Source of the DNA: Mycobacterium leprae TN
GTDB lineage: Bacteria > Actinomycetota > Actinomycetes > Mycobacteriales > Mycobacteriaceae
Length of the DNA: 32,000 nucleotides
Assembly (NCBI RefSeq): GCF_000195855.1
Contig: NC_002677.1
Location: forward strand, 2,730,001-2,762,000
Reading direction: 5' to 3'
The translations under genes were made by a program, and so were the position numbers. The notes beneath the pieces were generated by a model that worked only from the letters and a program-made list of their open reading frames with translations, did no database searches and was not told the DNA's origin. Numbering within the stretch: the stretch's first letter is position 1; each line of letters begins with the position of its first letter. Shown in pieces: positions 1 to 10,511 of the stretch.

Positions 1-216
1 GCGATGGCCGGAATCAAGCTCAACGACGCCGACTTCGCCGGCCTGCTGACCGAAACCATTCAGTATGCTATGGTAATTACCACGCGCGCCGAGGCAGCTC
101 AGCAGCTGGACACCTTGCAGGTACCACGACTAGACCTACCGGCCATCTCCGACGGAGTCGACCTTGGTAACCTGTATGAGCTTTCGGAATCGCTTGCACA
201 ACAGGGGGTTCGATGA
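1..216 (+). CDS. 3' end of an upstream gene, probably the first member of an ArsA/Get3-like ATPase pair (Rv3679-like); the 5' part lies outside the window
   Basis: Frame is open from base 1 to TGA at 214-216. The stop overlaps the ATG of the next ArsA-like ORF in an ATGA junction (213-216). Assignment is by synteny only; the visible 70 aa carry no diagnostic motif. Confidence 0.5.
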   Translation, partial: AMAGIKLNDADFAGLLTETIQYAMVITTRAEAAQQLDTLQVPRLDLPAISDGVDLGNLYELSESLAQQGVR

Positions 217-1358
217 CTGCCCCTACTTCCCACAGGCCGCCTACCCTCGATATGGCAGCGATTTTGGCGGACACTTCCAATCGAGTGGTGGTGTGCTGCG
301 GCGCCGGGGGCGTAGGCAAAACGACCACTGCGGCCGCGATGGCGTTACAGGCGGCCGAATATGGCCGCACTGTAGTCGTTTTGACGATCGACCCGGCCAA
401 GCGGTTAGCACAGGCATTGGGAGTCAACGACCTCGGCAACACCCCACAGCGGGTCCCGCTAGCACCCGAAGTCCCCGGTGAATTGCACGCGATGATGCTT
501 GACATGCGCCGCACATTCGACGAAATGGTCGTCCAATACTCCGGACCGGAGCGGGCACAAGCGATTCTGAATAGCGAATTCTATCAAACGGTCGCCACAT
601 CGCTTGCTGGCACGCAAGAGTATATGGCAATGGAGAAGCTCGGTCAACTACTTAGCCAGGACCGCTGGGACTTGGTAGTGGTCGATACCCCGCCGTCACG
701 CAACGCACTGGATTTCCTGGACGCGCCAAAACGGTTGGGAAACTTCATGAATAGCCGACTGGGGAGGCTGCTACTCACCCCCGGACGAGGTATCGGGCGG
801 CTGGTGACCGGAGCCATGGGATTGGCGATGAGAGCCCTGTCTACGGTGCTCGGTTCACAGATGCTGGCCGACGCAGCAACTTTCGTGCAATCGCTGGACG
901 CGACATTCGGCGGTTTCCGCGGAAAAGCCGATCGCACCTACGCGCTGCTGAAGCAGCGCGGCACCCAGTTCGTGGTGGTATCGGCGGCCGAACCCGACGC
1001 ACTGCGCGAGGCGTCCTTCTTCGTCGACCGGCTATCGCAGGAAAATATGCCGCTGGCAGGGCTCATGTTAAATCGCACCCACCCGACATTGTGCGCGTTG
1101 CCCGTGGAGCAGGCGATCGACGCAAGCAAGACGCTGCAAGACGAGATCACCAATTCCGCGGCCGCATCCCTGGCGACAGCAGTGCTGAGGATTCATGCCG
1201 ACCGCGGGCAGACCGCCAAGCGCGAGGCCCGGTTGCTGTCTCGCTTCACCGGCGCTAACCCCCACGTACCAGTCATCGGGATACCGTTGCTGCCGTTCGA
1301 CGTATCGGACCTAGAGGCGCTGCGTGCGATCGCCGATCGCCTCACTGCGAGCCACTGA
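213..1358 (+). CDS. ArsA/Get3-family P-loop ATPase (Rv3680-like)
   Basis: 381-aa ORF. N-terminal deviant Walker [19 protein letters not shown] and Walker-B-like LVVVDTPPS, with ArsA-like overall length. ATGA overlap with the preceding ORF suggests translational coupling. Confidence 0.85.
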   Translation: MTAPTSHRPPTLDMAAILADTSNRVVVCCGAGGVGKTTTAAAMALQAAEYGRTVVVLTIDPAKRLAQALGVNDLGNTPQRVPLAPEVPGELHAMMLDMRRTFDEMVVQYSGPERAQAILNSEFYQTVATSLAGTQEYMAMEKLGQLLSQDRWDLVVVDTPPSRNALDFLDAPKRLGNFMNSRLGRLLLTPGRGIGRLVTGAMGLAMRALSTVLGSQMLADAATFVQSLDATFGGFRGKADRTYALLKQRGTQFVVVSAAEPDALREASFFVDRLSQENMPLAGLMLNRTHPTLCALPVEQAIDASKTLQDEITNSAAASLATAVLRIHADRGQTAKREARLLSRFTGANPHVPVIGIPLLPFDVSDLEALRAIADRLTASH

Positions 1359-1462
1359 AGAACCCCGGGAATAGTAACAAGTTAAGTAACTTTGAGTAAT
1401 GCGGGCCTTCCGGAGGCGTCCTCGGTGAACTAAAGCCCCTGATCGACTGAGCCTATACAAAC

Positions 1463-1813
1463 TTAGCTAACATTGCGGTGCTTGCGCGTGTCGAAGAAAT
1501 CCGCCCACGACACGACCTCGGGATGCTGCTTGAGCAGTGCCCGGCGCTGGCGCTCGGTCATGCCTCCCCAAACACCGAACTCAACCTTGTTGTCCAACGC
1601 GTCTGCCCGACACTCCTGCATTACCGGGCAGTGACGACAGATCACCGCGGCTTTACGTTGAGCGGCACCCCGGACAAATAACTCATCCGGATCCGTCGCC
1701 CGACACAACGCTTTGGAAACCCAGGCAATGCGCTCCTCGGCGTCGACACTATGGAGAGGACTCTTGGCGGCGGACAGGTTTGTTCTACGGGCGGCCGGTC
1801 GTGTTTTTGCCAC
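1463..1813 (-). CDS. whiB4: WhiB-family Fe-S redox-sensing transcription factor (WhiB4-like by position next to ponA2)
   Basis: 116-aa ORF with GTG start preceded by GGGAGGAAGG. Cys pattern C-x21-C-x2-C-x5-C (CRAT...VICRHCPVMQEC), the GVWGG turn and a basic C-terminal tail. Confidence 0.85.
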   Translation of the reverse strand: MAKTRPAARRTNLSAAKSPLHSVDAEERIAWVSKALCRATDPDELFVRGAAQRKAAVICRHCPVMQECRADALDNKVEFGVWGGMTERQRRALLKQHPEVVSWADFFDTRKHRNVS

Positions 1814-2035
1814 GAGCTGTTACCTTCCTCCCGGCCGCAATTCACGGCCGCCTTCCTCTGGTGAAGACCGTTATGCGATCTACGCCACACCATCTTCATA
1901 GTTGTTATATATCTCACTGTGAGTCTACAGTTAAGTGTGACCAGAGGCCAATTGCACAACAATCTGATAACGCTTTTTTAAGGACAAGCGTTCCTTCCCG
2001 ACGTGATCATGGTAAGGAGCACTGCGCACCACTTT

Positions 2036-2077
2036 TAGGAGCCAACCAGTGACGCGTAGGAGCCAACCAGCGACGCG
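2036..2077. repeat. 21-bp tandem duplication, 2 copies with 1 mismatch (TAGGAGCCAACCAG[T/C]GACGCG)
   Basis: Read directly: 2036-2056 and 2057-2077 differ only at 2050 versus 2071. Lies in the divergent whiB4/ponA2 intergenic region. Confidence 0.9.
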
Positions 2078-2186
2078 CACGAAAACTTCGGTGCTGATCA
2101 TCGACAAAGTTGCTGATAACCAGTCGCTCAAGATTTCTATGCGACTTCACTGCTAGTCGCCACAACTGGGGGCTACCGTAGTACAC

Positions 2187-4598
2187 ATGTCAGAGCGCCT
2201 CCCAGCCGTCCTCGCAGTTCTCAAGCTTGCGGGGTATTGCCTATTGGCCGGCGTTGTCACCACCGCAATGATGTTCCCGTTGGCCGGCGGACTGGGGGTG
2301 ATATCCAACCGTGCTTCGGAAGTGGTAGCCAACGGATCGGCCCAACTTCTCGAGGGCGAGGTGCCCGCGGTATCGACAATGGTCGACGCGAAGGGAAACA
2401 CGATCGCGTGGCTGTACTCGCAACGCCGATTCGAGGTACCCACCGACAAGATCGCCAACACCATGAAGCTGGCCATCGTTTCCATCGAGGATAAACGCTT
2501 TACCGACCACAACGGTGTGGACTGGCCGGGCACCCTGACCGGACTGGCCGGCTACGCATCCGGCGACGTGGACACTCGCGGCGGTTCGACGATCGAGCAG
2601 CAGTACGTGAAAAACTATCAGTTACTGGTAACCGCTCAAACCGACGCCGAAAAACGTGCGGCCGTCGAAACCACCCCGGCACGCAAGCTGCGCGAGATCC
2701 GGATAGCGCTCACGCTGGACAAGACGTTCACCAAACCCGAGATCCTGACCCGCTACTTGAACCTGGTGTCGTTCGGCAACAACTCTTTCGGCGTGCAAGA
2801 TGCAGCGCAGACCTACTTCGGCGTCAACGCGTCCGACCTAAATTGGCAACAAGCAGCACTACTCGCCGGCATGGTGCAATCGACCAGCACGCTCAACCCG
2901 TACACCAACCCTGAAGGCGCGTTGGCCCGGCGAAACTTGGTGCTGGACACCATGATCGAAAACCTACCGCAGGACGCCGAGGCACTGCGCGCCGCCAAGA
3001 CTGAGCCGCTGGGGATATTGCCACGGCCCAACGAGCTGCCTCGGGGCTGCATCGCGGCAGGCGACCGAGCATTCTTCTGCGACTATGTCCAGGAGTATTT
3101 GTCCCACGCCGGGATCAGCAAAGATCGGCTAGCCAAGGGCGGCTACCTCATCCGCACCACTCTTGACCCTAACGTCCAAGCCCCGGTCAAAGCGGCCATC
3201 GACAAGTTCGCCAGCCCAAACCTGGCGGGCATCTCCAGTGTGATGAGCGTAATCACCCCGGGCAAAGATGCCCATCGCGTGATCGCGATGGGCAGCAACC
3301 GCAGATACGGGCTAGACACCGAGGCCGGTGAAACCATGCGACCACAGACATTTTCCCTGGTCGGCGACGGGGCTGGGTCGGTCTTCAAGATCTTCACCAC
3401 GGCCGCCGCACTGGACATGGGGATGGGCATCAACGCCAAACTCGAGGTTCCGAGCCGGTTCCAGGCCAAAGGGATGGGAAGCGGCGGAGCCAAGGGGTGC
3501 CCTAAGGAAACCTGGTGCGTGATCAACGCCGGTAATTACCGAGGGTCGATGAACGTCACCGACGCCCTAGCCACCTCACCCAACACCGCATTCGCCAAGC
3601 TGATCCAGCAAGTCGGGGTGGCGCGCACGGTGGACATGGCGATCAAACTCGGGTTGCGGTCCTATACAACCCCCGGCACAGCCCGCGACTATAATCCGGA
3701 CAGCAACGAAAGCTTAGCCGACTTCGTAAAACGGCAGAACATCGGTTCGTTCACCCTGGGCCCGATCAAGGTCAACGCGCTGGAGTTATCGAATGTCGCG
3801 GCGACGCTGGCATCGGGTGGGATGTGGTGCCCGCCGAACCCAATTGACAAACTGTTCGACCGTAACGGCAACGAAGTTGCCGTTACGGTCGAGACCTGCG
3901 ATCGGGTGGTGCCCGAGGGTTTGGCCAACACGTTGGCCAACGCAATGAGCAAAGACACAAAGGGCAGCGGCACCGCGGCCGGTTCTGCCGGTGCAGCAGG
4001 CTGGGATCTACCAATGTCAGGCAAAACTGGCACCACAGAAGCCCACCGATCCTCCGGCTTCGTAGGTTTCACCAACCACTACGCAGCGGCCAACTATATC
4101 TACGACGATTCCACCTCGCCAACGAATCTGTGCTCCGGTCCACTGCGGCACTGCAGCAACGGTGACTTATACGGCGGTAACGAGCCAGCCCGAACCTGGT
4201 TCACCGCGATGAAGCCGATCGCCACCAAATTCGGTGAAGTCCGCTTGCCACCGACCGATCCGCGCTACGTCGACGGTTCTCCCGGTTCACAGGTGCCAAG
4301 CGTGACCGGACTGGACCTGGACGCGGCGCGCCAGCGCCTGAAGGGGGCAGGTTTCCAGGTTGCCGATCAGCCCACCTTGATCAACAGCACCGCCAAGCTC
4401 GGCGCAGTGGTCGGCACCACACCCAGCGGCCAAACAATTCCGGGTTCGATCATTACAATTCAAACCAGCAGCGGCATACCGCCGGCTCCGCCACCGCCGC
4501 CGGAAGGCGGCCCGCCGATGCCACCCTCGGTTGGATCGCAGGTCATCGAAATTCCCGGCTTGCCGCCAATCACCATTCCGCTACTAGCGCCTCCGTAA
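2187..4598 (+). CDS. ponA2: Class A bifunctional penicillin-binding protein (transglycosylase/transpeptidase) with C-terminal PASTA domain and Pro-rich tail
   Basis: 803-aa ORF. N-terminal TM segment; GT51 motifs IVSIEDKRFTDHNGVD and RKLREI; transpeptidase motifs GSVFK (SxxK), SPN (SxN) and KTGT; PASTA-like VPSVTGLDLDAARQRLKGAGFQV; PPAPPPPPEGGPP tail. Confidence 0.93.
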   Translation: MSERLPAVLAVLKLAGYCLLAGVVTTAMMFPLAGGLGVISNRASEVVANGSAQLLEGEVPAVSTMVDAKGNTIAWLYSQRRFEVPTDKIANTMKLAIVSIEDKRFTDHNGVDWPGTLTGLAGYASGDVDTRGGSTIEQQYVKNYQLLVTAQTDAEKRAAVETTPARKLREIRIALTLDKTFTKPEILTRYLNLVSFGNNSFGVQDAAQTYFGVNASDLNWQQAALLAGMVQSTSTLNPYTNPEGALARRNLVLDTMIENLPQDAEALRAAKTEPLGILPRPNELPRGCIAAGDRAFFCDYVQEYLSHAGISKDRLAKGGYLIRTTLDPNVQAPVKAAIDKFASPNLAGISSVMSVITPGKDAHRVIAMGSNRRYGLDTEAGETMRPQTFSLVGDGAGSVFKIFTTAAALDMGMGINAKLEVPSRFQAKGMGSGGAKGCPKETWCVINAGNYRGSMNVTDALATSPNTAFAKLIQQVGVARTVDMAIKLGLRSYTTPGTARDYNPDSNESLADFVKRQNIGSFTLGPIKVNALELSNVAATLASGGMWCPPNPIDKLFDRNGNEVAVTVETCDRVVPEGLANTLANAMSKDTKGSGTAAGSAGAAGWDLPMSGKTGTTEAHRSSGFVGFTNHYAAANYIYDDSTSPTNLCSGPLRHCSNGDLYGGNEPARTWFTAMKPIATKFGEVRLPPTDPRYVDGSPGSQVPSVTGLDLDAARQRLKGAGFQVADQPTLINSTAKLGAVVGTTPSGQTIPGSIITIQTSSGIPPAPPPPPEGGPPMPPSVGSQVIEIPGLPPITIPLLAPP

Positions 4599-4669
4599 AC
4601 CCGCAAAGGGCGCTTTGCCAACGGACTTGCGTTGTCTTGTCGGTCCGAGACTAACAGTAGGCTGCTTGC

Positions 4670-5779
4670 ATGGCTGACACACGCCTGACTACCCCACTTT
4701 CCCCCTCGCCGCTGCGCTGCTGGAGACGCCTCCACACTGGTCCTGCGGCCCGCGCGAAAGTCAGGGGTCACCGAGCATGGCCCATTTTGATCCGCACCGG
4801 TGCCTTAGTGCTCAGCTCCGCAGCCACAGGGGTCGGTTATGCCTCGATCGTCGAGCGCAACGCGTTCGTCCTACGTGAGCTGACCATTCCAATCTTGACG
4901 CCGGGCTCCACGCCATTGCGAGTACTGCATATCAGCGATATCCATATGATGCCCCACCAGCGTCGCAAACAAGCCTGGCTCCGCGACCTGGCCACCTGGC
5001 AACCCGACCTGGTAGTCAACACCGGTGACAACTTGGCGCATCCCAAGGCAGTACCCGGGGTGATCCAAGCATTGGGCAATCTGCTGTCTCGGCCAGGTGT
5101 CTTTGTGTTCGGCAGCAATGACTACTTCGGACCACACCTAAAGAATCCGGTGAACTACCTGACCAACCCGACGCACCGGGTCCGTGGTAAACCGTTGCCG
5201 TGGAAGGATCTGCGGGCAGCGTTCACTGAACGCGGCTGGCTTGACCTGACCCACACCCGTCGCGAGTTCGAGGTAGCTGGACTGCACATTGCCGCCGCAG
5301 GCGTGGATGACCCGCACATCAGCCGGGACCGGTACGACACAATTGCAGGCCCCGCCAGCCCGGTTGCGAACCTGCGACTGGGGTTGACCCATTCGCCGGA
5401 ACCGCGGGTGCTGGATCGCTTCGCCGCCGACTGCTACCAGCTGGTGATGGCCGGCCACACCCACGGCGGCCAATTGTGCCTGCCGTTCTACGGAGCCCTA
5501 GTCACCAACTGTGGCCTGGACCGGTCTCGGGCGAAGGGGCTATCACGCTGGGATGCGGATATGCGGTTGCATGTCTCCGCGGGAATAGGCACCTCACCGC
5601 TTGCGCCAATGCGATTCTGCTGCCGACCCGAAGCAACCCTGCTGACGTTGATCGCCACCCCGATGGGTAGTCGAGTCGAGAGTCCCGTAAGAACCGGGGC
5701 CGTTCGCAACCAACAGCTGCAGTGCGTTGAACGGGCACATCGAGATAGCGGGCCACGACCTCCCACGCAACTGGACTGA
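4670..5779 (+). CDS. Calcineurin-like metallophosphoesterase, membrane-anchored (Rv3683-like)
   Basis: 369-aa ORF with motifs VLHISDIHM, NTGDNLAH and GHTHGGQ. A hydrophobic N-terminal segment precedes the domain. True start is uncertain. The last ~45 codons extend past the conserved ...CRPEATLLTL end. Confidence 0.8.
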   Translation: MADTRLTTPLSPSPLRCWRRLHTGPAARAKVRGHRAWPILIRTGALVLSSAATGVGYASIVERNAFVLRELTIPILTPGSTPLRVLHISDIHMMPHQRRKQAWLRDLATWQPDLVVNTGDNLAHPKAVPGVIQALGNLLSRPGVFVFGSNDYFGPHLKNPVNYLTNPTHRVRGKPLPWKDLRAAFTERGWLDLTHTRREFEVAGLHIAAAGVDDPHISRDRYDTIAGPASPVANLRLGLTHSPEPRVLDRFAADCYQLVMAGHTHGGQLCLPFYGALVTNCGLDRSRAKGLSRWDADMRLHVSAGIGTSPLAPMRFCCRPEATLLTLIATPMGSRVESPVRTGAVRNQQLQCVERAHRDSGPRPPTQLD

Positions 5780-6780
5780 CAACGCAATCCAGCTGATCGA
5801 GACCGACGCTCGTCGCAGTGCTGACACCCACTTGCTACGGTACCCGCCTGCTGTCGGCCTGATACATAGATGTCGACATCGATCTGTACCTCAAAGACGA
5901 GACAACCCGTATAACCGGCAGTCTCAAACACCAACTGAGACGCTCGTCGTTACTCTATGCGCTGTGGCAAAAAGTGTATCAACGAAGGCATCACGATGGT
6001 GGAGGCGACGGCGGTCTCCGAGGTCTGCTTCGCAGGCATTGCTCGGTCTGCCGTTCATCTCTTGTGATGCCGGCGGCAACCCAGTGCTTCTAAGGTGGCA
6101 CTCATCGACTCACAAGGCGAACCAGTGCCATTTCGTGAAGAACTCAAGCAAGATATCTACGCCTAGGCTCAACGTCTCGCGCAGAATAACAGCGGCACTA
6201 TCTGGACCAGGTTGCCAACACCGAGCAGGCGACCGACTGACGCGGCAACAACAACATCGTCGAATCGATCTAAATTACAAATACTCGAAGAGAAACACCT
6301 CATTCCGAGATGGATTGTGATAGAAACTGGCACTGGCGGAACCAGCGCGACGATCGTCCGCTCCATCCGTTACCGGCGGTACGGTACGTACGCCAAAGTT
6401 CGATACGACATCGTCATGCCCACGTCGTCCTGCATCGAGGGCATAGGGCGACCGCTGGCTGAGCCATCATTCCTGCCCGGGGTGGTCGACCGGCATGTTC
6501 GCGGTTCCAAACCCAGCATCGATCGTCGCCACCCGCAGGGAACGTTCGTCCTGCTCACCGAGATGGTAGCCACAACCGTTCGGTGGTCACTTTGCTCGAC
6601 GACAGTGGCAACCACTACGTCGACCCCTAATGCAACGACGACTGGGGGCAGCGCCCAAGGATGCAATCTCAACAGGCCTGCCGAGACGCTGGTGAAGTTC
6701 GAACGATCGTGCCATTGGAGAGCTGACTCGCACTGCCTAGGGCACCGCAATTTGGCCAGTATGACGGCCGGTGCGATAGG
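5727..6780 (+). pseudogene. Pseudogene of a PLP-dependent cysteine synthase/CBS-family enzyme (Rv3684-like)
   Basis: Family-typical segments are spread over at least three frames. They are [74 protein letters not shown] and IEGIGRPLAEPSFLPGVVD. Several frameshifts and stops lie between them. Confidence 0.75.
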
Positions 6781-6796
6781 CTGTCGTCGCTTAAAG

Positions 6797-6870
<74 letters not shown>

Positions 6871-7012
6871 CTGAAAGTGCCCGGTGGCAAAGGTTGTCAC
6901 CCCAGATAGTTTTCTTGGCCGGGCTGTTGTCATTGACGGCAACCAATTACGGCTTGAGCACAACGTTGCTAACAGCCGTCTAGCCAGAACGGCGAATCCT
7001 GACCCGATGGAT

Positions 7013-7255
7013 CTAGAAATGTTGCAAACCCTGCTCAAGTCCTAGGGCAAGATTCCGGATACCGCAGTCGCGCGGGTGAGCGCACAGGTTAGGTGTCGCG
7101 CCAACTCGCTGCGTCAACAGCTCGAGCACGATCTTGGATAAACTCGAAAGCCACGGCGATTCGGGGCTGAAGAGCATCCAAGACCTCGCAGGTTTAAGGA
7201 TTGTCACCGATATGAATCGCAAGGAACAAAATGATCGGGTTCGCCGAGAAATCAA
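7013..7255 (-). pseudogene. C-terminal relic of a cytochrome P450 (position fits cyp137/Rv3685c)
   Basis: The minus-strand frame reads FSPES (decayed PERF motif). 27 aa later it reads LCAHPRDCGIRNLALGLE, which keeps the R and C of the heme signature FGxGxRxCxG at correct spacing. It is truncated a few codons later. The upstream part is not traceable. Confidence 0.45.
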
Positions 7256-7479
7256 GGTCCGCCGGCCACGACAATCACCGCCGCCACTTCCTCAGCCTGC
7301 GCGGTGACGGCGTCCCGGTAACTACCCCGACACGACGGGCCATTGCTAACTTCTTTCTGTTCCGCACACAGTAATGAGATCCTTTCCGGCGAAATGGTTC
7401 TGACTCTTTCACCTAACTGTCGACGAAAGTGACTGCACCATCGCGTACATTGCTGCCACCTCTGCCGATGCAAACAGAC

Positions 7480-8070
7480 AGGCCTATGCAGTAACCAGGC
7501 CGTTCATGGAAAACGGTGTCCTGAAGTAAGTCGCTTCGGGGTCTAAGACGACTGTCTTGGTTTCGTCTGACCAGGTCACGATTTAGCGGGCCATCTGCTC
7601 GAACGAGATCTTCTTCGGCCTTATGACATTCACGATGCCGCCCAATCGTTCACCTGTGCCACACGGGCGACCTCGGCTGCGAGTTCGGCGGCAACGATAG
7701 GCTGGATAAACGCGTCCGGTAGTCGCACCTCACCGTCGGCCATGAGCTACGCCGAACTCGCATCGGTGAATTCCGCGAACTGGGTGGCTCGCACGATCAA
7801 GTAAATATGGAATTTCCGATTCTTCGAAGAGCTTCTCTTGAACGATCTTCGCCCGCTAGTAGTAGCTTAGGATAAATTGTTCGACATCAACGATTAACAT
7901 CTACGACGTAGTGTCCAACGTCAGCTGCTTTCGCAGCAGCCACCAAAATAGCCGTCAATTTAGTGAAAAATCCGTAGCGTGGTAGCGCATTTTGTCTACA
8001 ATTCTTTCCCCGAGTACCCCAGTTCCACCAATCGCAACGTCTTCACTGTTTTCCCTATCAGAAATTGTAC
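7480..8070 (-). pseudogene. Relic of an NmrA-like / atypical SDR NAD(P)-binding oxidoreductase (boundaries approximate)
   Basis: Minus-strand frames give AIGGTGVLGERIVDK (Rossmann GGTGxLG, ~8010-8036), LIVRATQFAEF (~7779-7795) and LPDAFIQPIVAAELAAEVARVA. In-frame stops and frameshifts interrupt them. Confidence 0.5.
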
Positions 8071-8960
8071 CGAGACGCTGTAAGCGCACGTCCCCAAATT
8101 TAGTTGGTGATACGCAATACCCAAGCGTAGAAATACGTTAAAGTCGTCGGTGAAGGATTCTGGGTCCGGTTACAGCGTCGACATAGCAGTACTGACTGGA
8201 TACCACGTCCGTTCCGCTTGTGGTCCACCACGACGAACCCCGTCAGCAAGCCTTCCAGATACTAAGAATCCCGCTCGACACCGATGTTCTTCACCGATGG
8301 GTTAGTCTAGCGAAAATACAAGGCTATTTACGACGAAATCACCTACACAGCAAACTCTTGAGTAGATAGAATGGGTTTTCCATTAAACTGCCGTGGCAGA
8401 TGCTATGCTTCGCGGCCTGGCTCCAACAGCGGGATATGGCGGGGATGCCGCGATGGTGATAATACCGGCACCAACAGAAGCCGATTCGAACCGAATATAG
8501 ATATTTTCCCGGATAAAATCGCGATATTAGGCACCGGCTTGCCAGGTGGCTGCTGGCTTCTGACATTACGGAAGCACTGGGAACCGACACCGTGTTCGCT
8601 GTCAACGCTGCATGCACCAACAGCGTTGAGCACACACATCGCGGACACAATGTCGGAAAAATGCTAATTGAAGTTGATGTTGTAGCAAAATCCACTGTCG
8701 GGTAGCCGATTACAGCTCGTGGAAGGAACCGACCGTCGACCCGAGGAATAGCGGACGAAGCTTGATACTAATCAGGGCCATCAACAACTCGGTAGAGCTG
8801 GACAAGGCTTCACCCGGAACCACGCTACGATATCTCCTACCGTAGTGTGCCTATCTTTCCTGAACTGGAGCCACCGTACATGAAATAGCCTGCGGTCAAG
8901 GCGTGATCGTATGAACTCCTCCTGCACTACCGCATAAGTAAACTGTTTTCATTGACCCGC
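8060..8960 (+). pseudogene. Relic of a MoxR-like AAA+ ATPase (moxR2/Rv3692-like), N-terminus missing (boundaries approximate)
   Basis: Plus-strand frames give EIVPRRCKR (decayed Walker A, cf. EGVPGVAKT), LVVHHDEPRQQAFQIL (Walker B DE plus a sensor-like stretch) and VELDKASPGTTLRYL (cf. LGVSPRG..AL), in the correct order and spacing. Many stops. Confidence 0.4.
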
Positions 8961-9522
8961 AGTAGGGGACAAGATGGATGTGACTCGCTCACCGATTACC
9001 CATGGCTGGCTGCCTGCCGTGCCCAGTGGGGAACGGGAGTCCAGCAACCTACATAGGTCGAGCCCTTAACCTATCGTTGGCAAACGGATCACTATCGACG
9101 GCCGTGCGACGCATCTTCACCGTACCCGCACCGCATCCACATAAGCGCATCTGCACGTGATTCGGACTCTGACTTGCAGCTGGCCTATTCATTTGCTAAG
9201 AGCTGCATTACCGAGGTTTTGCATACGTGGACGCGGCCTGGTAATGGAATCCAATGTTGCTGCAGCTAGGTGCAGAATTGGAGCGGGCTTTCCTGGCAGG
9301 CGTGTGCCACGACGTCAGTTCAATCGAACCAGGCTAAACATTGGTAACCGAATGGAAGTGCTCTCAACAGATCCCCGCGGATAGCACAGTTCCATCATAC
9401 TGTTTACGCGACAACAGAAGCTGACAGCAGATGCGCGAATACTTCATGCACAGATCGTTGTATTTGTATAACCTCACGACAGGCTATCCGCACGCCTGGA
9501 CGATTCCACCGTCTAACAGACG

Positions 9523-10511
9523 ATGGCCAAGACAATGTTCGGGGCGATCGAATTCGACGAGTACGGCGCGGAGGCACCGCTTGCGGCTGCACCCACCAGC
9601 TCTTCACTTAATCTATTGGCTGTGTCAGATCTGGATTCGGCGTATCGGTACGGCATTGAAGTCGCCCTCGCCGAATCACTAGTGGCGGTGACCCTGATGT
9701 TGCTATTCGGCTTGCATCACTAAAATGCGCGGCGCCTCAACTGGGCACTTCGTGTCGACGAACTCGCCACGTTTGCGGGATTCTCTAGCCAATACCCTGA
9801 CAACCTCGTCGTCAGGGAGCTATCTCGCCTGTTTATCCGAGAGTACCTCGGTCTGGATCGCGGCCAGCAACTTGGGTCTTAGAAACCGCAACGCGGGTAC
9901 AGTCACTGGGAAAGATTGCGATGGGCCTGCGGGTGGTTTCCGACGACGGTAGCCCGGAACATTTCCGGCAGGCGCTGTTTCGCGTGCTGGCGTCGGTGGT
10001 GGAAATCTGGATGTTGTTAGGAAGTCCCGCGGTAATCTGCAGCATGTTGTCACCTAAGGCCAAACATATCGGCGATATCTTTCCCGGCACAGTCGTAATC
10101 AGTGAACGCCGTCCTCAGCGCGGTCCTTCGCCGGCTATGCCACCGTCATTGGCGTGGTGGGCGTCGTCGCTGCAGCTATCGGGCCTCAACACTAGGCAGG
10201 CCGAGCTCGCACACCAATTCCTTTCCCGAGCACCGCAACTTGATCCCCAACTACAAGAACAAATGGCTTACCGGATTACTGGTGACGTGATGTCTCGTAT
10301 AGCCCCACCACCCCCGTCCAGCACCCCGCCACAACTGATGCTGGCCGCCGTGCTCGCCGAAAGACATCGCCATAAGCTGGTACAGCTTCGTCCAACACCG
10401 GTCGGCCCGACACCGTCGTCACCGACGGTGTCCAAATATCCCGTCCCTCCCCGGGTTGCCTGGGCAGGCATTTGCAGCACCCAATTCCTAGTCGCATCCG
10501 GACATCGGTAG
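9523..10511 (+). pseudogene. RDD-family membrane protein gene (Rv3695-like) with disrupted 5' half
   Basis: The 3' part is an open frame with SLGKIAMGLRVVSDDGSPEHFRQALFRVL...GDIFPGTVVISERRP (RDD domain) plus a Pro-rich C-terminal region. The expected N-terminal part (AIEFDEYGAE...LLAVSDLD, TM-like LVAVTLMLL) is in another frame and ends at TAA 9721. Confidence 0.55.

Noticed and set aside
1537-2052. 171-aa plus-strand ORF spanning whiB4 (antisense) and the whiB4-ponA2 intergenic region
   Set aside because: It overlaps the confident whiB4 CDS in antisense and continues through promoter DNA and the 21-bp repeat. The sequence is Pro/Arg-rich nonsense-like.
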